Shown here one piece after another: positions 55,848-64,000 of a stretch of 64,000 bases of DNA; position 1 is the first letter of the stretch; every line of letters starts with the position of its first letter. Position numbers and translations under genes: made by a program. Below the pieces are notes generated by a model, which was not told where the DNA came from, did no database searches, and was given only the letters and a program-made list of their open reading frames with translations. This stretch comes from Runella sp. (lineage in GTDB: Bacteria; Bacteroidota; Bacteroidia; Cytophagales; Spirosomataceae): positions 5,855 through 69,854 of the forward strand of contig JBGAUP010000001.1 in NCBI GenBank assembly GCA_044228585.1, given 5' to 3'.

Positions 55848-57283
55848 TTATACCAGAGGAAAAAATTTTGATAAAATCATGATGATAAAAAGCCCCGAAA
55901 AGCCCATGACAGTAAGCAAATACGAGAAAAATCGAAGGGTTTCTTTTTCGTGCATTCCTGACATTTTTGTAATAATCCAAAAACCACTGTCGTTCATCCA
56001 AGGGAAAATTTTGGAGCCACACCCAATCACCAATGCTAAATATACGGGATGAAATCCCAGCCCATTGGCTCCTTGAAGTCCGCTCATTACCCCGATGGAG
56101 GTTACCATGGCCACAGTAGCAGAACCTTGGGCTGTACGAACTACCAGAGTAACAAAGAAAGCCAGAGGCAAGATAGCCGCTTGATAAGCCCCCGCGTAAT
56201 GGCTAATACTGCCGCCGATGTTTGTCTGTTGGAGCATTTGTCCAAAAGTTCCCCCTGCTGCAGTAATCAAGATAATCATGCCCGCGCTGGTGAGCGACTC
56301 GGTAATGTATTTCTCAAATTTTTGGTAATCTTTGGTTTTTGTCCAAAGTAGATACAATGCTACAAAAGCCGAGATAAACAAGGCAATATTGCTGTCGCCA
56401 ATGACTTTAAAAACGAATAAAAGATTTTTTTGGGATGTGCTGATTTGTGGGCCTTTGACATCAATCATCATTTCCAGAAAGGTATTGCCCGTAATCAATA
56501 CAATAGGTAACAGAATAGGAAGCAGCGAGAGCCAAAGAGGAGGTAGTTGGGTTTGGTTTACTTCGCTACTTTCTTTGAGTTCTTCAATGCTAATGTCGGG
56601 GGTGTCTCGCATGGGTAATTCCCATTTTTTATTGGCCCAGAGGGCATACAGATAGCCACAAAATACAGTAAATGAACCTACAATAATCCCCGCGACCATC
56701 ATTACACCCATATCTACGCCCAGTTCTTGGGCTACAAACAAGGGCCCAGGCGTAGGGGGAACTAAGGAGTGAGACATGGTGCCTCCCGCCATAACCGCCA
56801 TCAAATAAAGGCTAAATCGCTTAGGGTTTCTAATGCTAATGGACTTTACTAAGGGAATCATTAAGTAAAAAACGGTATCAAAAAAAACGGGGATACCCAA
56901 CGTAAAACTTCCCGAAAGGAAAGCCAAGGAAGCATTTTTGGGACCAGTGATTTTAAATAAACTTCGGATAATCCTTTCGGCTCCCCCGCTTTTCATCAGT
57001 GCCGAGCCAATGATAGACGCAAGTAAGATGAGGATGCCAATTTTACCAACGGTATTTCCGAAGGCGTTGGCAAGTCTCGTGCCTATCATTTGCTGGGAAG
57101 CTTGCAATACTTCGGCTTCTTTCAGACTACTTGCAAAGCATAATCATAGATTTGGGATGAGGAGGTCAATATCCCCGTCACCAATGCCGCAAGTAGGAGG
57201 GCTATGACGGCATTGAGCCTAAAGTAAATAATACAACCCAGGACGATTAAGATACCAATAAATACAATTAAAATGGGAGCCAT
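55848..57283 (-). CDS. GntP family permease, interrupted by an apparent 1-nt frameshift between 57125 and 57143
   Basis: ORFs 57122-57352 (real start ATG 57283, MAPILIVFIGILIV...) and 55848-57107. The second frame is open back to 57143. The only homopolymer in that interval is A3 at 57135-57137; one extra base there gives ...DYAFASSLKEAEVLQASQQMIG.... Confidence 0.75.
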
Positions 57284-57435
57284 CGAATACAGGAACAGGT
57301 TTAGGACTAAATGATGCAAGGTGCTAAATAGTTTTGATAAAAGACGAACCAAAAAGAAATTATACTTGTAAAAATGAACTTATCCTTCTTTTCCTTTGCA
57401 CGGAACATAAATACAAAAGTCGGTGTTTTTGCTCC

Positions 57436-59190
57436 ATGGAAATACTCTACCGCTACCTTCGTCCCTACTGGAAACTCATTCTTGTAGCCCTTACTTTGGC
57501 CGCTATCAACCAGATTTTCTCGCTACTCGATCCCTACATTTATCGTTTGGTGATTGACCGCTATGCGTCTAATTTTAAGAATTTTACGGAAAGTGAATAC
57601 ATTTGGGGTATTCTCAAATTTGTAGGCTTGGCCATTGGCGCGGCGATGGTGTCGCGTATTGCCAAAAACTTTCAAGATTATTTTATTAGTGTCATTACGC
57701 AGCGCGTCGGAACTCAGATTTATACCGATGGTATCAAACATTCGTTGGCCTTGCCTTACCAAGTGTTTGAAGATCAGCGTAGTGGGCAAACCTTGGGCGT
57801 GTTGCAAAAAGTAAAAACCGATACCGAACGCATGATTACGTCGGTGGTCAACGTGGTGTTCCAGTCGGTGATTGGCATTACCTTTGTGATTATTTATGCT
57901 TGGAGCATTTATTGGCCTATTGCCCCCGTTTATTTTTTGACTATTCCTGTGATTGCGTGGCTGAGTTCGGTACTGAGTAAACGTATCAAAAAAATACAGA
58001 CCAAAATCGTGGCCGAAACCACCGCTTTAGCAGGGAGTACTACCGAATCGCTACGCAATATTGAACTGGTCAAAAGTCTTGGCCTAACCGACCAAGAAAT
58101 CAAACGCCTCAATGGGAATACCGAAAAAATTCTGGGTTTGGAGTTGCGCAAAGTCAAATTTGTTAGGACGTTAGGTTTTGTGCAGGGGACTACCATCAAT
58201 TTTCTGCGGAGCTGTATTGTGGCCTTGATGCTGTGGTTGATTTTTAAGGAAGTGCTCACCATTGGGCAATATTTCTCGTTGCTGCTGTATTCATTTTTTA
58301 TTTTTGGGCCTTTGCAAGAATTGGGAAATGTCATCCAGTTGTATCGTGAAGCCGAAGTCTCGCTCAACAACTTTCGGGATATTTTGAGTAAACCTATTGA
58401 AGCTAAGCCTGCCCAACCTGCTCAATTGACGCGTATTGAAAACATAGCTTTTAATAGTGTTTCTTTTAAGCACCTCACTGCGGCGCGACCTGCTTTGCGA
58501 AATGTTGATTTTGAAGTGAAAAAAGGAGAAACGATTGCTTTTGCGGGGCCGTCGGGAAGTGGTAAAACCACGCTTATCAAATTGCTCGTTGGGCTGTATG
58601 ACCCCGAACAGGGGAGTATTTCCTACAACGGCATTGACAGCCGAGAGATTGATAAGGACGAATTGCGAGAGCAGATTGGTTTTGTTGCGCAGGATGCCCA
58701 ATTGTTTTCGGGAACGATTCGCGAAAACTTACTTTTTGTAAAACCTACCGCAACCGATGCAGAATGCTTGGAAGTACTACAAAAATCAGCCGCGTATTCA
58801 CTCATCAATCGCGCGGATAATGGTTTAGACACGGTCATAGGAGAAGGCGGAATGAAGGTGTCAGGAGGCGAAAAACAACGTTTGTCTATTGCCCGTGCAC
58901 TGCTACGCCATCCTAATCTATTGATTTTCGACGAAGCCACTTCTGCCCTTGATTCATTGACCGAAGAAGAAATTACGCAGACCATCCGCGATTTGTCGCG
59001 TAATCAGCAGCATATCACCGTCTTAATCGCCCATCGTCTCAGTACCATCATGCACGCCGACCGTATCTTTGTCTTGGAAAAAGGCAAAATAGTAGAGTCA
59101 GGAAACCACGAAGATTTATTGATTCAGAAAGGATTGTACTACGCCATGTGGCGTCAGCAAGTAGGAGAAAGTGAAACGGTTAGTTCGTAA
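57436..59190 (+). CDS. ABC exporter, fused TMD-NBD (MsbA/ABCB-like)
   Basis: ORF 57334..59190, with the likely ATG at 57436. 6 TM helices, then Walker A GPSGSGKTT, signature VSGGEKQR, Walker B LLIFDEATSALD. Confidence 0.85.
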   Translation: MEILYRYLRPYWKLILVALTLAAINQIFSLLDPYIYRLVIDRYASNFKNFTESEYIWGILKFVGLAIGAAMVSRIAKNFQDYFISVITQRVGTQIYTDGIKHSLALPYQVFEDQRSGQTLGVLQKVKTDTERMITSVVNVVFQSVIGITFVIIYAWSIYWPIAPVYFLTIPVIAWLSSVLSKRIKKIQTKIVAETTALAGSTTESLRNIELVKSLGLTDQEIKRLNGNTEKILGLELRKVKFVRTLGFVQGTTINFLRSCIVALMLWLIFKEVLTIGQYFSLLLYSFFIFGPLQELGNVIQLYREAEVSLNNFRDILSKPIEAKPAQPAQLTRIENIAFNSVSFKHLTAARPALRNVDFEVKKGETIAFAGPSGSGKTTLIKLLVGLYDPEQGSISYNGIDSREIDKDELREQIGFVAQDAQLFSGTIRENLLFVKPTATDAECLEVLQKSAAYSLINRADNGLDTVIGEGGMKVSGGEKQRLSIARALLRHPNLLIFDEATSALDSLTEEEITQTIRDLSRNQQHITVLIAHRLSTIMHADRIFVLEKGKIVESGNHEDLLIQKGLYYAMWRQQVGESETVSS

Positions 59191-59224
59191 CTAAACAGAG
59201 TTAAGATAGATTTTAGTGTAACCT

Positions 59225-60151
59225 ATGAGACACCTACTAATAGATACCGATACAGGCTCGGACGATGCCGTGGCACTACTGATGGCCATGAAAGCCCCCA
59301 ATGTACGCATTGAGGCTATTACGATTGTAGCGGGCAACGTTCCTGCCGATAAAGCCTTGCAAAATGCCCTCTACATGGTGGAGCTGTGCCAGTACGAAAC
59401 GAAGGTGTATTTGGGTGCAGAAAAGCCTTTGATTCGTCCGCTGTTTACGGCGCAGTTTGTGCACGGCGACGACGGTATGGGCGATATTGGCTTAGACTTA
59501 CAAGGACGTGTGCCGCACCCAGGTCATGCCGTGGATGCCATCATTGATATGGTCAATGCTTTCCCCAACGAAATCGAGATTATTACGCTCGGTCCCTTGA
59601 CCAACCTCGCGTTAGCACTGGCTAAAGCTCCCGAAATTGCTCCAAAAATTAAGTCATGTGTGATTATGGGGGGCATTGGGATGGGGTATGGCAACGTAAC
59701 ACCCGTATCGGAGTACAATATTTGGGTAGATCCCGAAGCGGCTCAGATGGTATTTCAGTCGGGGATGAAAATGACGATGGTAGGCTGGGATATTTCCATC
59801 AAATACGCGGCCTTTGACCAACAGGCTACTGCCGAATTGCGTACACTTCAAAAACCTTTGGCTGATTTTGTAGTGGACATTCAAGGGGCAAAAGCGCGGT
59901 TTACTGCCGAAAATTCGGGAAAGTTGGGTTTCGATTTACCCGATCCCATTACAGTAGCAGTGGCGTTGGATAGAAGTGTGGCGACTGATGTGCGAAGTCT
60001 GTACGTAGAAGTGGCGCTGGGGGAGGGGCTTACGCGCGGACAAACCATCGTAGATCATACCAATATCCTTAAAAAAGAACCTAATATAGAGGTAGTGTTG
60101 GAGGCGTCGCGAGATAAATTTTTGAAAATGCTCTATGATTCGTTTGATTAG
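59225..60151 (+). CDS. nucleoside hydrolase (IUNH family)
   Basis: N-terminal DTDTGSDDAVAL aspartate cluster. 308 aa. Confidence 0.85.
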   Translation: MRHLLIDTDTGSDDAVALLMAMKAPNVRIEAITIVAGNVPADKALQNALYMVELCQYETKVYLGAEKPLIRPLFTAQFVHGDDGMGDIGLDLQGRVPHPGHAVDAIIDMVNAFPNEIEIITLGPLTNLALALAKAPEIAPKIKSCVIMGGIGMGYGNVTPVSEYNIWVDPEAAQMVFQSGMKMTMVGWDISIKYAAFDQQATAELRTLQKPLADFVVDIQGAKARFTAENSGKLGFDLPDPITVAVALDRSVATDVRSLYVEVALGEGLTRGQTIVDHTNILKKEPNIEVVLEASRDKFLKMLYDSFD

Positions 60152-60162
60152 ACACCTTACTT

Positions 60163-61038
60163 ATGAAAATCCTCAACTTTGGCTCGGTTAATATTGATTA
60201 CGTATATGGCGTACCACATTTTGTGAAGCCTGCTGAAACCATTGCCAGTCAGTCGTATGAGGTGTTTATGGGGGGCAAAGGCTGCAATCAAAGTGTGGCT
60301 TTGGCGAAAGCAGGCGCTAATGTATTTCATGCTGGAAACATCGGAAACGATGGCTTGTGGATTAAAAACCAACTGGACGCGTGGGGCGTTGATACCCGTT
60401 TTCTGTCTCTGACTGATGGCCCAACGGGCCATGCCATTATTCAGGTCGTACCCGAAGGACAAAACGCTATCATTATTCATGGCGGGGCTAACCGAGCCGT
60501 AACGTCATCGCAAATCAGAAATGTGTTGAGCCATTTTAGCCAAGGGGATATTTTATTGCTTCAAAATGAGATAAATCAAATCCCTGAAATCATCGAATCG
60601 GCTTCCGCCCAAGGCATGAAAATCTTCTTTAATCCTGCTCCCATGACTTCGGATGTACATCAATTTCCGTTAGATAAAATTGATGTTTTTATCATTAATG
60701 AAGCGGAAGGGGAAGAATTAACCGGGCAAACCTTACCTGACGAAATTTTGAAGGAAATGAATGGGCGTTTTCCTGAGGCTGCTACGCTATTGACGCTGGG
60801 CGAAAAAGGGGCAATTTATGCGCACCAAATGGCCCGTGTTGAAATAGCAGCCAAGAGAGTAAAAGCCATTGATACCACGGCGGCAGGAGATACCTTTATT
60901 GGCTATTTTTTAGCTTCGTGGGCCTCTGGGAAAAAATTGAGAGAATGTTTAGACGTTGCTACCGAGGCATCAGCCATTTGTGTGACCCGAAAAGGTGGAG
61001 CCGTTTCTATTCCAGATAAAAGCGAAGTACTCGTATGA
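60163..61038 (+). CDS. rbsK: ribokinase (PfkB family)
   Basis: GGKGCNQS and DTTAAGDTFIGYF motifs. Adjacent to the nucleoside hydrolase. Confidence 0.8.
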   Translation: MKILNFGSVNIDYVYGVPHFVKPAETIASQSYEVFMGGKGCNQSVALAKAGANVFHAGNIGNDGLWIKNQLDAWGVDTRFLSLTDGPTGHAIIQVVPEGQNAIIIHGGANRAVTSSQIRNVLSHFSQGDILLLQNEINQIPEIIESASAQGMKIFFNPAPMTSDVHQFPLDKIDVFIINEAEGEELTGQTLPDEILKEMNGRFPEAATLLTLGEKGAIYAHQMARVEIAAKRVKAIDTTAAGDTFIGYFLASWASGKKLRECLDVATEASAICVTRKGGAVSIPDKSEVLV

Positions 61039-61047
61039 ACAAAAAAT

Positions 61048-61076
61048 GAGTCGGCAAACCACAAGGAGGCCGACTC
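61048..61076. terminator. hairpin between convergent genes
   Basis: gagtcggc / gccgactc form an 8-bp perfect stem with a 13-nt loop. Confidence 0.55.
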
Positions 61077-61099
61077 AAGTTAGTAGAACAAACTAATAT

Positions 61100-61549
61100 T
61101 TAGTCTTTTTTCCCGATGAGAGTAACTGCTCCCAGTGAAGGATCAATCACATAAAGGGTCAATAACGAACTGCTATACATTCCAATTTTAGAAGTACCAA
61201 TATAGGCTTCGATTTCGCCAGTAGTGGCTTTCTTTAATGTTACTTCTCCAGAATCAGTTACTCCGCTGGTAATCTTGCCAGCTTTGTCTTTGATTGATTG
61301 GGTAATTTTAGCCGTCACCTTATCATCTGCTACTTTGGTGACCACTACCGTACCCGAACGCGTAGAACCCGATGAAGGGTCAGTGAGAGGCAAATCAGCA
61401 GTAAGACCGCTAAATTGGAGTTTAGTGAGGGTATAACTACCCGCCACTTGGTCGCCCATCGAAGGTTCAGGTTCGTTTTTGCTACAAGAAATGAAAAATA
61501 CAGTTGCAAACAATAACAACAGGAGGGAGGTGAAGCGCGAGTGTTTCAT
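61100..61549 (-). CDS. small lipoprotein, function unknown
   Basis: Lipobox FFISCSK. 149 aa, beta-rich. Confidence 0.6.
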   Translation of the reverse strand: MKHSRFTSLLLLLFATVFFISCSKNEPEPSMGDQVAGSYTLTKLQFSGLTADLPLTDPSSGSTRSGTVVVTKVADDKVTAKITQSIKDKAGKITSGVTDSGEVTLKKATTGEIEAYIGTSKIGMYSSSLLTLYVIDPSLGAVTLIGKKD

Positions 61550-61739
61550 AATTAATTGGTTGTTAGAGGTGGAAATAATGGGTTAATGAAAAAGTATGAA
61601 TTCTTAACAAAGTTAGAAAAACAAATTCGATTTGAAACACCTCTTTTATTTAACGGTTTTATCGCGATTCTATTTGCCTTTTTGCGGGCGTCTTCGTAGT
61701 ATTGTACAGCCGCTTCCACTTTCAAACTATACTTAGACA

Positions 61740-63047
61740 ATGTTTAACCGCCGTCAATTTTTGGGTTCATTAAGTGCTGCTGCTGGCGCCATGACCCTGC
61801 CACCCTTTTTAGCCCCTGCCGAAGCCACTGCCTTTGAGCAAATGAATCGTCAAATGGCGTCTCTTTCGCCCGTCGAAGTTGCTCAAAATGAAGATTTTTG
61901 GGCGTGGGTGAAGACTGAATTTACCGTTTCGCCCAACTTGCTCAACCTTAATAACGGGGGCGTATGCCCGCAACCGCGCTCCGTACAAGATGCCCACATT
62001 CGGTTTTATCAGTATTGCAACGAAGCTCCCAGCTACTACATGTGGCGGATTTTAGACCAAGGACGGGAATCATTGCGCTCAAAATTGGCCGACTTGGCAG
62101 GGTGTGATGCCGAAGAAATTGCTATCAATCGCAATGCCACCGAGGGATTAAACACTGTCATTTTTGGGCTGGATTTAAAGCCTGGCGATGAGGTGGTATT
62201 GACCAAACAAGACTATCCCAACATGATAAATGCGTGGAAACAACGCGAAAAACGCGATGGCATCAAGTTGGTATGGTTGAATCTGGACTTACCCCAAGAA
62301 AATGATGCCTATTTTGTAGATAAATTTGTGAGTGCGTTTACATCACGTACCAAGGTGGTGCACATCACCCACATGATTAACTGGATTGGGCAGATTCAAC
62401 CCGTACGAAAAATTGCGGATGAAGCTCATAAAAGAGGAATCGAAGTGATTGCCGATGGTGCCCATACGTTTGCGCTGTTAGATTTTAAAATTCCCGATTT
62501 AGGCTGTGACTACTACGCTACAAGCCTGCACAAATGGCTTTGTGCGCCGTTTGGAAGCGGTATGATGTATGTAAAAAAAGACAAAATATCGAAGGTATGG
62601 GCGTTGTTGTCGAACAACGAACCCGATGGCCCCGATATTCGTAAGTTTGAGAGCTTAGGAACGCGTTCGTTTGCCTCAGAGATGGCCATTGGAACCGCCG
62701 CTGACTTTCAGCTTTCGATTGGTGCGGCGCGCAAACAAACCCGTGCGCACTATCTCCAACGCTATTGGACGGACAAAGCCCGCCAAATCCCTGGTGTAAA
62801 AATACACACATCGCCCGACCCAAAATACGCTTGCGCTATTGCGTTGGTGTCGGTAGATGGCCTGAAAACTTCAGAATTGGATGGACAACTCCTCAATAAA
62901 TACAAGATTCATACAACGGGTATCGAATGGGAAAACATCAAAGGTGTGCGTGTAACGCCGCATGTGTATCACACACCCAAAGACCTTGATCGGCTGGTAA
63001 ATGCGCTGGATGAAATTTCGTCGGCTACCCGGAAGAAGAATGGTTAA
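61740..63047 (+). CDS. aminotransferase class V-fold PLP-dependent enzyme with TAT signal
   Basis: MFNRRQFLGSLSAAAGAMTLPP twin-arginine leader. ATSLHKWL contains the PLP-lysine context typical of class V enzymes. 435 aa. Confidence 0.8.
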   Translation: MFNRRQFLGSLSAAAGAMTLPPFLAPAEATAFEQMNRQMASLSPVEVAQNEDFWAWVKTEFTVSPNLLNLNNGGVCPQPRSVQDAHIRFYQYCNEAPSYYMWRILDQGRESLRSKLADLAGCDAEEIAINRNATEGLNTVIFGLDLKPGDEVVLTKQDYPNMINAWKQREKRDGIKLVWLNLDLPQENDAYFVDKFVSAFTSRTKVVHITHMINWIGQIQPVRKIADEAHKRGIEVIADGAHTFALLDFKIPDLGCDYYATSLHKWLCAPFGSGMMYVKKDKISKVWALLSNNEPDGPDIRKFESLGTRSFASEMAIGTAADFQLSIGAARKQTRAHYLQRYWTDKARQIPGVKIHTSPDPKYACAIALVSVDGLKTSELDGQLLNKYKIHTTGIEWENIKGVRVTPHVYHTPKDLDRLVNALDEISSATRKKNG

Positions 63048-63070
63048 GAAAGTTTTGTGAAGTGATTCGG

Positions 63071-63107
63071 CGCGTCGGTCGGCTATGATAGCTAACCGAC
63101 GCGTTTT
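63071..63107 (+). terminator. bipartite hairpin plus T-run
   Basis: cgcgtcgg / ccgacgcg (8 bp) enclose an inner gctat-g-atagc stem, followed by TTTT. Confidence 0.65.
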
Positions 63108-63116
63108 GGTCTAAAA

Positions 63117-63239
63117 CTATTTTGTTTCAGCTTTTTTTCCTGTGGTAGCAGCAGGCGTTTGTTTTTTTGAAGGGCGCGATACACCGTAAGAACCACGCCA
63201 GATTTTACCTTTTCTTGTTTTTACGTCTCCTTTTCCCAT
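63117..63239 (-). CDS. 30S ribosomal protein Thx (40 aa; below the ORF-track length cutoff)
   Basis: Hand translation of the minus strand gives [40 protein letters not shown]. The MGKGD..T.KGKIWRG.YG core matches Thx as I recall it. Confidence 0.8.
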   Translation of the reverse strand: MGKGDVKTRKGKIWRGSYGVSRPSKKQTPAATTGKKAETK

Positions 63240-63377
63240 AATAAATGAATGTTATAAGAGTTTAAAGATGAATAAAACGCACAAATTTAAAAACGGGTAG
63301 TTTTTACTTCAAATATTTTTTAACTCTTCTGTAACAATTTTCCTTTCTCCGCGACTTATTGGTAAAATAACGAATGC

Positions 63378-63863
63378 ATGAATGAAGAAGCGTTCTTGAA
63401 GATTTTACGGGTTAATCAGGGTATTTTGGTGAAAGTGTGTACGATGTACTGTACTGATGCCGAGTCACGCCGCGATCTTTATCAAGAAATTGTACTTCAA
63501 TTATGGCGAGCGTTCCCGAAGTTTCGCGGGGAGGCCAAAATGAGTACATGGGTCTATCAAATTGCGCTCAATACGGCCATCACCGATTACCGACGCAGTC
63601 GTAAACACGGAGTTCGGGTAGAAATCTCCGAACACCTTACGCAGATTCCCGACGATGCTACCACTGCCGATTGGCAAGAACGAGTTCAGTGGCTACATCT
63701 GGCTATTAATACGCTATCAGACGCCGAAAAAGCAGTAGTGATGTTGTATTTAGAGGAAAAAAGCTACGACGAGATTGCCGAGATTGTGGGTATCACTCCA
63801 GGCAATGTACGGGTGAAAATGCACCGAATTCAAGAAAAATTGCGCAAACTCAAAACTGCCTAA
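63378..63863 (+). CDS. ECF-type RNA polymerase sigma-70 family factor
   Basis: Region 2 (YQEIVLQLWRAFPKFRGEAKMSTWVYQIALN) and region 4 (MLYLEEKSYDEIAEIVGITPGNVRVKMHR). Confidence 0.85.
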   Translation: MNEEAFLKILRVNQGILVKVCTMYCTDAESRRDLYQEIVLQLWRAFPKFRGEAKMSTWVYQIALNTAITDYRRSRKHGVRVEISEHLTQIPDDATTADWQERVQWLHLAINTLSDAEKAVVMLYLEEKSYDEIAEIVGITPGNVRVKMHRIQEKLRKLKTA

Positions 63864-63866
63864 GTC

Positions 63867-64000
63867 ATGGAATTGGATGATTTGAAAAATACTTGGAAAC
63901 GAGTGACCGAAGCCGAAAAACAACATTATGAGGTTTCGGAAAATGCGCTCCATCAAATGATTAAACAGCGGTCAAGTAGTTTGACGGATAAAATGCTGCG
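63867..64000 (+). CDS. partial CDS downstream of the ECF sigma (possible anti-sigma or membrane partner), truncated by the window end
   Basis: ATG at 63867, 4 nt after the sigma stop. Reads MELDDLKNTWKRVTEAEKQHYEVSENALHQMIKQRSSSLTDKML...; open to the window end. Confidence 0.4.
   Translation, partial: MELDDLKNTWKRVTEAEKQHYEVSENALHQMIKQRSSSLTDKML

Noticed and set aside
61552-61740. A 62-aa minus-strand ORF (MSKYSLKVEAAVQYYEDARKK...) upstream of the PLP enzyme gene.
   Set aside because: It lies in a promoter-like AT-rich spacer and overlaps the start of the plus-strand gene by 1 nt. It has no recognisable family. I cannot exclude a real small protein, but there is no positive evidence.
1-64000. 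A search for mobile elements, prophage, integrase, toxin-antitoxin or known defence-system genes, and for tRNA/rRNA.
   Set aside because: None of the ORF translations shows transposase, integrase, reverse-transcriptase, restriction or Cas motifs. No cloverleaf-like tRNA or rRNA sequence was spotted in the intergenic regions. This was visual inspection only and needs tRNA and rRNA scanners to confirm.

Overview
A 64-kb chromosomal segment that reads as Bacteroidota. The taxon call rests on a SusC/SusD pair, CarboxypepD_reg-type outer-membrane beta-barrels, ribosomal protein Thx, and lipoprotein and TAT signals; gene content looks Cytophagales-like, but nothing finer can be assigned without a search. 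About 47 protein-coding genes. By eye I found no rRNA, tRNA, CRISPR array, transposase, integrase or phage genes. All family calls come from motifs read in the supplied translations and from memory, not from searches.

Gene content, left to right:
- A phosphonate-catabolism-like module (FAD oxidoreductase, PhnX-like HAD hydrolase, PhnZ-like HD protein) flanking a broken beta-propeller/phosphoesterase gene.
- A P-type ATPase plus Ca2+/Na+ exchanger pair.
- A surface-glycosylation-like cluster: two GtrB-type GT2 enzymes, two large polytopic membrane proteins, an MBOAT, and a divergent FabH-like enzyme.
- Assorted housekeeping and envelope genes.
- A lone AddB-like PD-(D/E)XK nuclease.
- A minimal SusC/SusD locus.
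- An RND efflux pair.
- A galactarate module (garD-kdgD-gntP).
- Nucleoside salvage genes, and an ECF sigma factor.

The most unusual signal is not a gene. It is a family of heptanucleotide (7-nt period) tandem-repeat arrays scattered through intergenic regions, across gene boundaries and, twice, translated in frame inside the AddB-like nuclease ORF. One array carries an exact (CAACAGT)3, which as I recall is the STRR3 unit of heterocystous cyanobacteria.

Five genes are interrupted. Four carry 1-nt frameshifts that sit at or next to homopolymer runs, so sequencing error is a real possibility. One of these genes also has two in-frame stop codons.
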